A DNA stretch of 64,000 nucleotides from an uncultured Chloroflexia bacterium. GTDB lineage: Bacteria; Chloroflexota; Limnocylindria; Limnocylindrales; CSP1-4. The stretch spans positions 544,001-608,000 of the forward strand of contig CAVVYR010000008.1 in assembly GCA_963752475.1 (NCBI GenBank), written 5' to 3'. The stretch's first letter is position 1, and each line of letters opens with the position of its first letter. Positions 12,659 to 23,374 of this stretch are shown piece by piece. The notes below the pieces were generated by a model. That model did not search any database. It saw only the letters and a list, made by a program, of their open reading frames with translations, and was not told where the DNA came from. The position numbers and the translations under genes were made by a program.

Positions 12659-13815
12659 GTCGGTGGCTCCTCGACCGGTGCCGCGCCTTCGGGTCTGTCT
12701 GGTGGTTCATCGGGCTCGGGTTCGCCTTCATCGGGCGGCCGGTCGTCCTCACGGGTGGTGCGCCAGCGGTAGACGGCGAGCGCGCCCACGACGACCAGCA
12801 GCAGCGTGCCCTGCACCACGTCACCGACCTGGCTTGGGATCTGCAGCGAGCGGACCGCCGAGGAGGCGCCGACCGAGAGGTCGCCTAGCAGCAGGCCTGC
12901 CAACAGCACGCCCGGCATGGTCAGACCGCCGAGCATGGCCACGACCACGCCGGTGTAGCCGAAGCCGGGCGAGACGCCCTCGGTCAGGCGGAACTGGATG
13001 CCGGCGACCTCGCTGACCCCGGCGATACCGGCGACGGCACCGCTGACGAGCGCCACGCGCAGCAGCGTGCGCTCGACCTTGATGCCGGCGAAGCGGGCAC
13101 CGTGAGGGGAGAGGCCCACGGCTCGGACCCGCAGGCCGGTCGAGGTGCGACCGAGGACGTACCAGGCGATGATGATGAGGACGACCGCGATGACGAAGCC
13201 GAGGTGCAGGCGCGACCGGCCGATGAGCGGGATGAACTCCGAGAGCTGCGGGAACTCGGCGGCCTCGGCGATGCGTGGCGACTCGGGGAAGCCGGTGTCG
13301 GGGTCCTTCCAGGGCCCGTGAAGCAGGCCCTGCACGACGAGCAGGGCGACCGGATTCAGCAGCAGCGTGGTCACGACCTCGTCGATGCCCATCTTCACCC
13401 GCAGCAGCGCCGGCACCAGCGCCCATGCCGCGCCTGCCAGCGCGCCCGCACCGACCATCAGCGGCAGCACCACGATGGGTGACCAGCCGTGCGCGGTCTG
13501 GCCGATGCCGGCGGCGGCGACGGCACCCATGAGCAGCTGGCCCTCGACGCCGATGTTCCAGTAGCCGGCGCGGAAGGCGATGGCTACGGCCGTGCCCGTG
13601 AAGAGGATGGGCGTGGCCTTGTTGAGCACCTCCAGCAGCGTGAACTCGCGCGTGAGCGGGGTGATGAAGTAGGCCTCGTAGGCCTCGATGGGGTTGGCGC
13701 CGGCGATGACGAAGGCGCTGCCGCTGACCGCGAGGATGGTCACCACGGCCACGACCGCGATCATGCCGAAGCGGCCCAGTCGGTTCTCGGCCATGCGTCG
13801 CAGCTCGAGCGTCAT
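12655..13815 (-). CDS. ABC transporter permease (nucleoside/CUT2-type)
   Basis: WNIGVEGQ, EVVTTLLLN, GFGYTGVVVA. Confidence 0.9.
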   Translation of the reverse strand: MTLELRRMAENRLGRFGMIAVVAVVTILAVSGSAFVIAGANPIEAYEAYFITPLTREFTLLEVLNKATPILFTGTAVAIAFRAGYWNIGVEGQLLMGAVAAAGIGQTAHGWSPIVVLPLMVGAGALAGAAWALVPALLRVKMGIDEVVTTLLLNPVALLVVQGLLHGPWKDPDTGFPESPRIAEAAEFPQLSEFIPLIGRSRLHLGFVIAVVLIIIAWYVLGRTSTGLRVRAVGLSPHGARFAGIKVERTLLRVALVSGAVAGIAGVSEVAGIQFRLTEGVSPGFGYTGVVVAMLGGLTMPGVLLAGLLLGDLSVGASSAVRSLQIPSQVGDVVQGTLLLVVVGALAVYRWRTTREDDRPPDEGEPEPDEPPDRPEGAAPVEEPPT

Positions 13816-15344
13816 GCGGACGCCTCCGCGCCTTCACGCGCGCGACCGGCCATGAGCATGCCCAGGTGCTCCGGATCGGCGTCAGCGGCCTCGATGTGCC
13901 CGACGACCCGGCCTTCGTAGAGCACGATGATGCGGTCGGACAGACCGACGAGCTCATCGAGGTCCTCCGACATGAGCAGGATGGCCGCGCCCTCGGCGCG
14001 TCGGGCCAGCAGCTCCTCGCGGACGTACTCGCTGGCGCCGACGTCGAGGCCTCGGGTGGGCTGGCTCACGATGACGACCCTGGGGTCGCGTGAGAGCACA
14101 CGCGCCAGCAGCACCTTCTGGATGTTGCCGCCCGAAAGGGTGGCTACACGGTCGTTGGGGCGGGCCTTGATGCGGTAGCGCTCGATGAGGTCCTCGGCGT
14201 GGGCCTCGATGCCCTTGCCATCGAGGCGCCCGCCCGGAGCGAAGTCGTCGATGTGCTCCATGATCAGGTTGAGCGACACCGGCAGATCCAGCACGAGGCT
14301 GGCATGGCGGTCCTCCGGGATGCGCCCGACGCCTGCGTCCATGACCTTCGTGGGGCCGGTGTTGGCCAGTTCGACCCCGTCGACGGTGATGGAGCCAGCC
14401 GTCGCACGGCGCATGCCGCTGAGGACCTCGGCCAGCTCGGTCTGGCCGTTGCCGCTGACGCCGGCTACGCCCACGATCTCGCCGCTGTGGACCTCGAGGT
14501 CGATGTCATGGAGGGCATCGAGCCCGTGATTGCCGCGCGCGGAGAGGTCACGCACCTGGAGACGCGCTTCGCCGTCGTGCCACAGCGGCTCCTGGCGGTC
14601 GACGCCGAAGGTGGGCCGTCCGACCATCATGCGCGCCAGCTCGCGCTCGTCGGTGTCGCCCGGGGCAGTCCCTACCATCTGGCCCCGGCGCATGACCGAG
14701 ACGCGGTCGCTGATGGCCCGGACCTCACCCAGCTTGTGGCTGATGAAGACGACCGAGAGGCCCTCGTCGATGAGGCGTCGGAGCGTCTCGAAGAGTGCTT
14801 CCACCTCCTGGGGCACGAGCACGGCCGTGGGCTCGTCGAGGATGAGCACCCGACAGTCGCGAGCGAGGGCCTTCACGATCTCTACGCGCTGTTGCTCGCC
14901 GACCGAGAGGTCCTGCACGATGGCATCCGGCCGGACGGCGATGCCGAAGCGGTCGGCGGCCTCCTCGACCGAACGTCGGGCGGCCTCGAGGTCCAACCGC
15001 GCGCCGCCGGCTCGCCCGAGGATGACGTTCTCGGTCACCGACATCGGCTGCACCAGGCTGAAGTGCTGGGTGACCATGCCGACCCCTGCGGCGATGGCGT
15101 CTCGTGGGGCGTGGATGGTGACGCGCTCGCCGTCCACCGCGATGGTGCCGGCGTCTGGGGTGGTGAGCCCGTAGAGGATGCGCATCAGCGTGGTCTTGCC
15201 GGCGCCGTTCTCTCCGAGCAGAGCGTGGACCTCACCCTTCTCGAGGGCGAGGTCCACCCCGTCGTTGGCGACGAGGTCGCCGAAGCGCTTGGTGATGCCA
15301 CGCAGCTCGGCGGCCAGGTCTCCCCGGCCGCCGTCTGTGGTCAT
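13812..15344 (-). CDS. ABC transporter ATP-binding protein with two domains
   Basis: GENGAGKTT, LSVGEQQRVEI, LSGGNIQK. Confidence 0.92.
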   Translation of the reverse strand: MTTDGGRGDLAAELRGITKRFGDLVANDGVDLALEKGEVHALLGENGAGKTTLMRILYGLTTPDAGTIAVDGERVTIHAPRDAIAAGVGMVTQHFSLVQPMSVTENVILGRAGGARLDLEAARRSVEEAADRFGIAVRPDAIVQDLSVGEQQRVEIVKALARDCRVLILDEPTAVLVPQEVEALFETLRRLIDEGLSVVFISHKLGEVRAISDRVSVMRRGQMVGTAPGDTDERELARMMVGRPTFGVDRQEPLWHDGEARLQVRDLSARGNHGLDALHDIDLEVHSGEIVGVAGVSGNGQTELAEVLSGMRRATAGSITVDGVELANTGPTKVMDAGVGRIPEDRHASLVLDLPVSLNLIMEHIDDFAPGGRLDGKGIEAHAEDLIERYRIKARPNDRVATLSGGNIQKVLLARVLSRDPRVVIVSQPTRGLDVGASEYVREELLARRAEGAAILLMSEDLDELVGLSDRIIVLYEGRVVGHIEAADADPEHLGMLMAGRAREGAEASA

Positions 15345-15366
15345 CGCTATCGGACTGCGGGAAGGG

Positions 15367-16374
15367 CTATTCGGGGATCACCGAGCCAGCCGGGGTGGCC
15401 TCGTTGATGTCGACGCGGAAGAGGCCGCTGACGATCTCGTCCTGCTTGGCCAGGACTTTCTCTAGCAGGTCGGCCGGGACGAGGGCCTCGTTGATCGGGG
15501 CCAGCGCTGCGCCGCCCTTGGCGACCATGCTGAAGTCCTTGAGGTCCTGGGCGGTATAGGTGCCGCCCGCGACCTGGTCGATGATGTACGCGGCGGTAGG
15601 GGTCATGTTCCAGGTCACGCTGGTCACGACGTGATCGGGCCCGTCAGCGGACTGGTCGCTCATGTTGCCGACCGCGACGAGGTCCTCCTGCACTGCGGCC
15701 TCGATGACGCCCGCGCGCTCGGCGTAGAGCACGTCGGCGCCGGCATCGATCTGCGCCAGCGCGGCTTCCTTGGCGGACGCCGGGTCGAACCAGCTGTTGA
15801 TGAAGCTGACCTTGGCCTCGACCTCGGGGTTGACCGACTGCGCGCCCTGGATGAAGGCGTTACTGATGCGATTGACCTCGGGCACGGGCACGCCACCGAC
15901 GATGCCGATGATGTTCGACTCGGTCAGGCCACCCGCGAGCATGCCGGCGAGGTACGCGGGCTCGTGGATCCAGTTGTCGAAGACGCTGAAGTTGGGGTTG
16001 GCGGGGCCGCCACCGGAGCCGAAGACGAAGGCGATATCGGGATAGTCGGCCGCCACCCGACGGACGGCTTCCTCGTTGCCGAAGGCGTCGCCGAAGATGA
16101 TGTCTGGCGCCTCGAGCTCCGAAACTTCGGTCAGCACCAGCTCCATGTCACCGCTGTAGCCGATGTCATCGACGAAGGTGTAGTCGATGCGGCCGGCTTC
16201 GGCCTCTGCGTTGAGCGCGGTGTGGATGACGCCATCCCACGGCTCCTCGATCTGCGTGGCATAGGCGCCGAAGACCTTGAGGGGCTCGTCCTGGGCGACG
16301 ACCGCGGCAGAGCTCGCGGTCACGGTGAGGGCCAGTGCGGCGGTGGCCGCAAGCATGGGGCGACGCCTGATCAT
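15367..16374 (-). CDS. BMP-family ABC substrate-binding protein
   Basis: Signal peptide from MIRRRP (GGAGGT RBS); 'AYLAGMLAG', 'SWFDP..AKEAALAQI..GADV'. Confidence 0.88.
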   Translation of the reverse strand: MIRRRPMLAATAALALTVTASSAAVVAQDEPLKVFGAYATQIEEPWDGVIHTALNAEAEAGRIDYTFVDDIGYSGDMELVLTEVSELEAPDIIFGDAFGNEEAVRRVAADYPDIAFVFGSGGGPANPNFSVFDNWIHEPAYLAGMLAGGLTESNIIGIVGGVPVPEVNRISNAFIQGAQSVNPEVEAKVSFINSWFDPASAKEAALAQIDAGADVLYAERAGVIEAAVQEDLVAVGNMSDQSADGPDHVVTSVTWNMTPTAAYIIDQVAGGTYTAQDLKDFSMVAKGGAALAPINEALVPADLLEKVLAKQDEIVSGLFRVDINEATPAGSVIPE

Positions 16375-16707
16375 CCGATAGAACCTCCCTGGTGCCGGTG
16401 ACAGGCGCACCCAGGCGGGCGATGTCCCGGCCACTCTCGCTGCCCGAATCGTACAGGGGCCCACGCTGGAGAGGTCAAGTGCCTGCGCGGTTGCGAAGCG
16501 GGCACGTTCCGCCAAGAACCCCACGGCCAAGGCATCCACCTGCCCTTCTAGCGCCGCAACGGAGCGGCCGACCGCTCCATCGAGACCGATCGCGACCCCT
16601 CGTCAGTGGCGAGGGGTCGTCTCGATCCGCGTTGACTGCACGTGTGCCGCTCGGCACAATCGACCGCACGGGAGGACCGACACATCCGATATCACTTGGG
16701 GCGGCCG

Positions 16708-17442
16708 ATGACTCGTGACGCAGTGCTCTCCGGGGGAGGACGCACCGCACGGGCCGCGGCGCGCGTCGCTCGGTCGGCGCTGCTGTTGTCGCTGGCGTTG
16801 GTCCTGCTCGCGTCACTGCCCATGAACGCGGCGCAGGCCACGGTCATCAAGTCGGGCTCTCGCTCGAGCGGCGCCGTGGCGCTCACCTTCGACGACGGCT
16901 GGAGCGTTGGCGCCTGCGCGAGCATCGCGAGGACGCTGCGGGCCCATGACGCCAAGGGCACGTTCTTCGTCAACGGCAACAACCTCAGGCTCCAGCCGGC
17001 CAAGTGGCGACGCATCCTGAAGGGCATGCCCGTCGGCAATCACACGCGGTCGCACAAGAACCTGAAGCTGGAGTCCTCCCGCGTCGTCACCAAGCAGATC
17101 CGCGAGAACGAGGCCCTCCATGAGCGCATCCTCGGCCGACCGATGCTCAAGGTGCTGCGGCCTCCGTTCGGGGCTCACGACCGACGCGTCCGCCGCCTTG
17201 CGGGCCAGCTGGGTTACAAGCACACCGTGCTCTGGAACGTCGATACCTTTGACTGGAAGGCGTCTTCGACGGTCGCTTCGATCGTCTCTCGCGCGACCGG
17301 TGCTCGGCCCGGGTCGATCATCCTCATGCACTGCGGACCTCGTGCCACCACCAAGGCATTGCCGGCGATCATCCGGCACTACCAGGCGCGTGGCATCGAA
17401 CTCGTCGGTCTGGGGCGGCTTCTGGGCGCGAGTGGATCCTAG
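16708..17442 (+). CDS. Secreted polysaccharide deacetylase (NodB/CE4)
   Basis: LTFDDG, NHTRSH, RPPFG, DTFDW, IILMH. Confidence 0.9.
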   Translation: MTRDAVLSGGGRTARAAARVARSALLLSLALVLLASLPMNAAQATVIKSGSRSSGAVALTFDDGWSVGACASIARTLRAHDAKGTFFVNGNNLRLQPAKWRRILKGMPVGNHTRSHKNLKLESSRVVTKQIRENEALHERILGRPMLKVLRPPFGAHDRRVRRLAGQLGYKHTVLWNVDTFDWKASSTVASIVSRATGARPGSIILMHCGPRATTKALPAIIRHYQARGIELVGLGRLLGASGS

Positions 17443-17678
17443 CGCGCTGCGGCCAGGTGGCCCGCGTCTCACTGGCACACCGTCGCGTGTGATCCTGAGG
17501 TCGTGCCTCGCGGACGGGCGTAGATGAAGCTCTTCGGCGCAGCCGCCGGGCGGGTCGGTGAACGCCAGTGATTCGAGCTCCGACCACGCGGCATCCCGCC
17601 GCTCCGCGACCTTCCTCAGGCCCCCTGCTTGCCTGTGAAGGTCCCACTCGCCGAACTAGGCCATAGGGAGAGGCTCGG

Positions 17679-17819
17679 TCATTCGGTCATCGCCGTCGCC
17701 TCTTCGGAGGTCTCGGACGCAGCCGGCGATGTATCTGACGGCTCCTCCTGAGCCGTCGTCACGCCTGCGAGCGTGAGCGTCAGAACCACCGTGGTCGAGA
17801 TTGCCAGTAGCCGTCGCAT
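17679..17819 (-). pseudogene. Truncated secreted-protein gene (signal peptide and acidic linker only)
   Basis: MRRLLAISTTVVLTLTLAGVTTAQEE with RBS; ends at an 8-bp tandem duplication (17675-17690). Confidence 0.45.
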
Positions 17820-17931
17820 CGTCCCCCCATGACTGCTTGGCGTTTGTTTGGGTTCTGCGCCCGTGGTCAACCTCACAGGCCACGGATGCCTTCGAGCACG
17901 AAGTCCATGCGGCCGAGGTGGCTGACGGCGG

Positions 17932-18777
17932 TCACGCCGGGGGATCCAGCGGTCCTGGGTGGCCGTCGCCATGCGTCGCCATCAGCGTTGCCACCAGCGC
18001 TTCTTCGGTGGGCGTCGAACCCAGACCGAGGCGTGCACCAGCGACGGCTGCCGGCGTCGGCTCCAGGCCGGCCGAGCGAAGGGCGGGCCAGGAGGCCTCG
18101 GCGAAGACCTCAGCCGGCGTTCCCGCCAGGGTGACCTGTCCACCTTGGAGCACGACGAGGCGGTCGAAGGTCTGGGCCACGAAGTGCATGTCGTGGCTGA
18201 TGCCGACGACGGTCCGCCCTTCGGCCACGAGATCGCGGATGATCCCGCTGACCAGCTCGGTACCGCGTGCGTCGAGGCCGGTCGTGGGTTCGTCGAGCAC
18301 GACGACCGGCGTCTGCATGGCCAGCACGCACGCGATGGCGAGCAGCTTGCGGCGAGTCTCGCCGAGGTCGTCGGGATGGGTGCCGAGCTGGTCGCCCAGG
18401 CCGACCTGCTCCAGCGCCGCGGTCGTGCGCGCGTAGGCCTCGGCCTCGTCGAGACCAAGGTGGCGTGGCCCGAACTCGACCTCCTGGCGTACGTTGCTGC
18501 TGAAGATCTGGCGATCCGGTAGCTGGAAACAGAGCCCGACCGTACGAGCGAGCTCTGCCACACGCAGCTCCGCGGTCTCGGCGCCGTCAAGGAGTAGACG
18601 GCCGGTAGTGGGGCGGAGGAGGCCGTCGAGATGGCGTGCGAGCGTGGTCTTGCCGCTGCCGTTGGCGCCGATCAGCGCGAGTGCCTCACCCGGCGCGATG
18701 ACGAGGTCGATGCCGGCGAGTGCGCGCGTGCCATCGGGGTAGTCGAAGGTGACGCCTTCGAGTCGCAGCTCGGTCAC
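17932..18777 (-). CDS. ECF transporter ATPase
   Basis: GANGSGKTT, FQ.PDRQIF, LDEPTTGLD. Confidence 0.88.
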   Translation of the reverse strand: MTELRLEGVTFDYPDGTRALAGIDLVIAPGEALALIGANGSGKTTLARHLDGLLRPTTGRLLLDGAETAELRVAELARTVGLCFQLPDRQIFSSNVRQEVEFGPRHLGLDEAEAYARTTAALEQVGLGDQLGTHPDDLGETRRKLLAIACVLAMQTPVVVLDEPTTGLDARGTELVSGIIRDLVAEGRTVVGISHDMHFVAQTFDRLVVLQGGQVTLAGTPAEVFAEASWPALRSAGLEPTPAAVAGARLGLGSTPTEEALVATLMATHGDGHPGPLDPPA

Positions 18778-19577
18778 CGGTGCACCTCCACGATCGCCGG
18801 GTCCAGTCCGGCATCGATGAGCATTCGGCGCAACGCGACCTCGGGTGGCTCGGCCACTCCCAACGCGGCCGTTCCGGGATCGGCCAGCACCTCGTCAGTC
18901 TTGCCGCGCGCGACGATGTTGCCCGCGCCCATCACCAGCACCGTGTCGGCCACCGTCGCGAGCTCCGCGACGCGCTGCTCGGCGAGGAGCACCGCCGCGC
19001 CGGCATCGGCAGCAGCGCGAACGGCGTCGAGCACGAGCCGTGCGGCGGAGGCGTCCAGGTGCGCGACGGGATCGTCGAGCACGAGATGGCGCGATCGCAT
19101 CGCCAGTAGCCCGGCCAGCACCACCAGCTGCTGCTGTCCGCCCGAGAGCCGCACAGGATCCCTGTCGACCAGGTCCTCGATACCTGTGAGCCGGAGCGCA
19201 GCCCCGACCCGTTCCTCGACCTCCTCGCGCACGAGCCCCAGGTTGGCCGGCCCGAAGGCGACCTCCTCGAACACGGTCTCGGCGATGAGCGAGAGCTGGC
19301 CCACGGGGTCCTGCACGCCGGTCACTACCTGCTCGGCCAGCCGGTGCATGGGCCAGTCCGCGACCGAGTCGAGGTCGATGCCGACCTGACCCGAGAGCTT
19401 CCCGCCGACCACGCGCGGCGCCAGTCCGCCGGCCACCAGACACAGCGTCGACTTGCCCGCCCCCGACGGCCCCACCAACCCCGTGATGGTGCCCTCTGCG
19501 AGGTCTAGGTCAACCCCGTGGAGCGTGTCCTTCTTTGTGCCGGGATAGCGGTACGAGACACCACGCAGGTTCAGCAC
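18774..19577 (-). CDS. ECF transporter ATPase
   Basis: GPSGAGKST, EVAFGPANLG, LSGGQQQ; GTG start. Confidence 0.85.
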   Translation of the reverse strand: MLNLRGVSYRYPGTKKDTLHGVDLDLAEGTITGLVGPSGAGKSTLCLVAGGLAPRVVGGKLSGQVGIDLDSVADWPMHRLAEQVVTGVQDPVGQLSLIAETVFEEVAFGPANLGLVREEVEERVGAALRLTGIEDLVDRDPVRLSGGQQQLVVLAGLLAMRSRHLVLDDPVAHLDASAARLVLDAVRAAADAGAAVLLAEQRVAELATVADTVLVMGAGNIVARGKTDEVLADPGTAALGVAEPPEVALRRMLIDAGLDPAIVEVHR

Positions 19578-20338
19578 GGCAGGACTCCCGCAACGCGCGC
19601 CGCCGCCAGGGCCACGACGCCCGCGACCATGGCCCACCGACCCAGGCGCTGGGCCGTGCTGTCGCGCGGGATCCGCAGGACCGTGACTCGGCCCGGGCGG
19701 GTGAAGCCGCGTGTCTCCAACGCCAGCGTGCGTGTCTCGACCTCGCCGATGGCACCCAGCACGGTCGGTGCCGCGATGGCCACCACGCCTCGGCCACGTC
19801 GGAGCCAGCTGCCCTCCGAATCGAAGCCGCGGGCGCGTTGGGCAGCGGTGACCTCGCGAGCCTGCTCGGCCAGGCGCGGGATCATGGCCACGGCGTTGTG
19901 GATCACGAACGTCATCCGTGCCGAAAGCCCGTGGTGTCGGAGGCTGCCCACGAGGTCCGCCGGGGAGGTCGTGCGGTAGAAGAGGACGGCCGCGCCGGCC
20001 ATCGTGAGTACTCGGATGACGACCTCGGCCGCGAGCCAGGCCCCGTCGGCCAGTGTGCCCGGCGAGAAGAGCAGGTTGACCACGACCACGCTCAGCGCCA
20101 GCGGCAGGGCCAGCAACAGGCTCAGGCGGACGACCGGGACGAGCGCTCTGGCTGCGACGGCCGGCAGGAGGACCGCGGCGACCACCAACACCAGAAGGCA
20201 GACCACGCCACCCAGGACGAGCGCGACGACCATCGTGGTCACGGCCGCGACCAAGCGCGTCAACGGGTCGAGTGCGCGCCAGGCGCCAGCAGGGGCGCGA
20301 CCGGTCGATGTCAAGGGTTCATCGGGACGAGGGGGCAC
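19571..20338 (-). CDS. ECF transporter T component
   Basis: LDPLTRL, AQRARG and ALETRGF motifs. Confidence 0.88.
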   Translation of the reverse strand: MPPRPDEPLTSTGRAPAGAWRALDPLTRLVAAVTTMVVALVLGGVVCLLVLVVAAVLLPAVAARALVPVVRLSLLLALPLALSVVVVNLLFSPGTLADGAWLAAEVVIRVLTMAGAAVLFYRTTSPADLVGSLRHHGLSARMTFVIHNAVAMIPRLAEQAREVTAAQRARGFDSEGSWLRRGRGVVAIAAPTVLGAIGEVETRTLALETRGFTRPGRVTVLRIPRDSTAQRLGRWAMVAGVVALAAARVAGVLPC

Positions 20339-21203
20339 CTACTCCGCGGCCGATGCCTCGGCCTGGCGCCGCTGCTCGTCCGCCACGAGCAGGGCGATGA
20401 TGAACACCGCGGCATCGGTAGCTTGCTCTGCGGGTAGGTCTGCAAGCAGCAGTGGAAGTACTCCGCATGCACGATTCACCGTTCGCGCGTGCGGGCTGTC
20501 CGCGATGAGCGCCACGGACATGCCCCCTGGATCCGTGCCCAGGCATGCTGCTACGGCCTCCCGGTCGAAGGGTGCCGCGGGGGCTGCATTCAGCTCTTCG
20601 GCGATGTCGAAGATGCCCGTGAAGATCTCGTCATCACTGAACGTGTCCGCAGAGGCCGCCTGGGCCCGGCTCTGGGGTCGTCGCTTCGTCGGGCATCTCC
20701 GTCGGCAGCGCTGGGCAGGCGGCCGCGTCCGCAGCGTAGTCCGCGGCCAGCGTGCGCGCCGCCTTCACGATCTTGGCGGTCGGTGCGCCGTTGGGTGTGG
20801 CCAGGTAGGTTCCCAGGACGAACCGCTCGCCCTTGGTCGGGAACACGCGGCCGGTCCTGGTGCCCGCGCCGTACTGTCCATCCTCTGCGTACTTCTCATC
20901 TTCGGTCAGGCAGTAGGTCGTCTCGAGGTTGAGTGTCGCGTCCGGCTGATCCGCTGGGATCCAGGCGGCCCGGATGGTGGCCTGCTTGTCCCAGTCGTCC
21001 GATCGGTAGAAGCAGCGCGCCTTGGCGAATCGCTCACCGGGCCCAGTGACCTCGCCCGATGAGAACTTCAGGGGCCCCAGCTTGCCCGGACAGGCGCTCG
21101 GTCGATCCGATCCGAGCGTGGGGAGGACCAGGAGCATCGACAGCAGGGTCGCGCCCAAGATCGCGGTTGCGGTGGAGTAGACCCGGAAGGCTCGCATCTG
21201 CAT
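20339..21203 (-). pseudogene. Frameshifted secreted hypothetical protein inside the ECF operon
   Basis: Signal-peptide ORF ends at 20634, but a one-base shift near 20665 continues in coding-like sequence to the stop at 20339. Confidence 0.55.
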
Positions 21204-21234
21204 GGGGCAAGCCTGCGCTGAGCCATCGCTCTCG

Positions 21235-22296
21235 TCAATCCGGCTCGGCATTCGCATCGCGCTCGGTCAGCGGCAGCAGGTACTCACCTTGCGGGAAGCG
21301 CGCCTTGGTGCGCGCGGCCATGGCTCCAAGGATGAGGTACACGACGAAGTACGTGATGACCTTGTCGACCGGATCGCTGATGAGGGACTGGCCCAGCACC
21401 GCCTGCTGCAGGTCGGCTCCCGCCTGCCGGAAGGCGGCGATGACGAAGTCGGCGCCCGAGCCGGTCACGCCACCGAAGAGGCCGGCGGCGATGGGCGCCG
21501 CGATGAAGGCGGCCACCACACCTGTGCTGACACCCGCCGCGAGGATGTAGGCCACGGCCAGGTCGCGCCGGCGCCAGAGCAGCGTGATGAGTCCGATCGC
21601 TGTGCCCGCGACCAGCAGCATGGCCAACCAGCCCAGGATGAGGAAGGCCCTGTCGTCCGAGGCCGGGGCGAGGTCACCGCCCTCGGCTGCGGCGAGCCAC
21701 GCTCGCAGCGCGAGCACGACCATCACGATGACCGCGCCGATGGTGAGCGCGCCACCGATCGTCAGCTGTCGCCCTGAGCTGTTCGGCCGAGGTCGTAGCC
21801 AGCCCCAGCGCGCGAACGTGCCCGCGAGCAGGCCCACGACCACGGCCACGATGGCGAAGGGCACCGCGAAGGGGCTGCCGAAGGGTGCTGGTGCAAGGTA
21901 GGTCCAGACGACGTTGGTGAGGAAGCCCGTGGCAGCACCGGCAAGCGGCCCGGCCAGGGCAGCCACGAGGATGGTGCCGATCGAGTCGAGGTAGATGGGG
22001 ATCTTGAGGGCACTGGCCACGGCTGTCCCGAGCACGATGTTGAGGGCCATGGCCACCGGCATCAGCACCAGCGTGCGCGTGTCGAACTGGCGCGTGATCG
22101 ACTCGATGCGCCGGGTCTGCAGGTACTCGATGACGGCGTAGGTGAGGATGCCCGCGGGGATAGCCACGACCATGACCACGGCGAAGGTGTCGAGTGCCTC
22201 CTCGAAGGCAAGCTCGCCGAGCAGGCTCAGGCCGGTGATCGCGATGAGCGCGAACACGGCCAGCCCACCGCCGACCCGCAGCCACGTCTGCGACAC
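21235..22296 (-). CDS. ECF transporter S component (extended)
   Basis: 'LMPVAMALNIVLG', 'PIYLDSIGTIL', 'FGGVTGSG', 'DPVDK'; GTG start with GGGAGGT RBS. Confidence 0.8.
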   Translation of the reverse strand: MSQTWLRVGGGLAVFALIAITGLSLLGELAFEEALDTFAVVMVVAIPAGILTYAVIEYLQTRRIESITRQFDTRTLVLMPVAMALNIVLGTAVASALKIPIYLDSIGTILVAALAGPLAGAATGFLTNVVWTYLAPAPFGSPFAVPFAIVAVVVGLLAGTFARWGWLRPRPNSSGRQLTIGGALTIGAVIVMVVLALRAWLAAAEGGDLAPASDDRAFLILGWLAMLLVAGTAIGLITLLWRRRDLAVAYILAAGVSTGVVAAFIAAPIAAGLFGGVTGSGADFVIAAFRQAGADLQQAVLGQSLISDPVDKVITYFVVYLILGAMAARTKARFPQGEYLLPLTERDANAEPD

Positions 22297-22381
22297 CCCG
22301 TACCTCCCGTCCGTCAGAACCCTCGACCCCGCGCGCCAGAGTGCCAGAAACGGCCACTCAGCACCGGCCACGAGGGCATCG

Positions 22382-23374
22382 TCACTCGGTCGTGCGCCGC
22401 TCCTGCGCCAGCCGGCCGACCCGGTCGATGAAGCGCTCGAAGAACTCGCCGCTGTCGGCCTCGACCGCGATGTCCAGGTCCGGCTCGCGGTCCCAGTGTC
22501 GGCGCCAGTCGGTGACGGTCTCGCCCGTCGTCCAGCGGCCCTCGAGCTCGACCTCCACGGCCACGGCCTCGGTCCGGGCCAGCGCCGGATCGAGGGCCGC
22601 GGCCACCACGAGCGCATCGTGGATGAAGGCGCCATGGAAGCCGTCGTAGCGGCTGTGGAACTCGAAGTAGAAGCGCAGGGCATCGTCGATGAAGCGGACG
22701 ATGGGATCGTCGACGTCGCCCACCGCCTGGGCCAGGCGCTCGAGGTGCGCGGGCGTCATCTTGGCCCGCTCGGTGACGTCGAGCCCGAAGGCGATCGGTC
22801 GCGGCGCGTCGGTCGCGGCCCAACCCCTGATGGTCGCGGCCAGCGCTTCGGGGTCCACGCCCGCGTTCCACTCCATGGTGGGCGCCGTGTTCCCCGGTGA
22901 GCGGTAGGCACCGACCATCATCACCAGGCGTCGTAGCAGGCGCGGCAGCCCGGGCTCACGCTCGAGGGCCACGGCCACGTTCGAGAGCGGGCCCAGCGTG
23001 ACCAGCGTCACCTCACCCGGTCGAGCTCGGGCTTCGGCGATGATCATCTCCGCTGCATCGCGGGACCCGGCCGTGCCCGATGGGGCCGCCAGCTCGGCAT
23101 AGCCCAGGCCCGTCGGCCCGTGTGTGTCGTCGGCGATGCGCAGCGGCCGGCCGATGGGGCTATCGCACCCCGCGGCGACCTCCACATCAGCACGTCCGGC
23201 CAGCTCCAGGACCGCCAGCGTGTTGCGCAGGACGTCGGGCAATCCGACGTTGCCGGCGACACAGCTCACGCCCACGATCTCGGCCTCGGGCGAGGCACAC
23301 GCGTAGAGCAGCGCCAGGGCATCGTCGATGCCGGTGTCGCAGTCGATGAGCAGGGGCGTGGGCGCGGGGGTCAT
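22382..23374 (-). CDS. Nucleoside hydrolase (IUNH family)
   Basis: DCDTGIDD, AGNV, LGPLSN, EWN...DP, HD. Confidence 0.92.
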   Translation of the reverse strand: MTPAPTPLLIDCDTGIDDALALLYACASPEAEIVGVSCVAGNVGLPDVLRNTLAVLELAGRADVEVAAGCDSPIGRPLRIADDTHGPTGLGYAELAAPSGTAGSRDAAEMIIAEARARPGEVTLVTLGPLSNVAVALEREPGLPRLLRRLVMMVGAYRSPGNTAPTMEWNAGVDPEALAATIRGWAATDAPRPIAFGLDVTERAKMTPAHLERLAQAVGDVDDPIVRFIDDALRFYFEFHSRYDGFHGAFIHDALVVAAALDPALARTEAVAVEVELEGRWTTGETVTDWRRHWDREPDLDIAVEADSGEFFERFIDRVGRLAQERRTTE

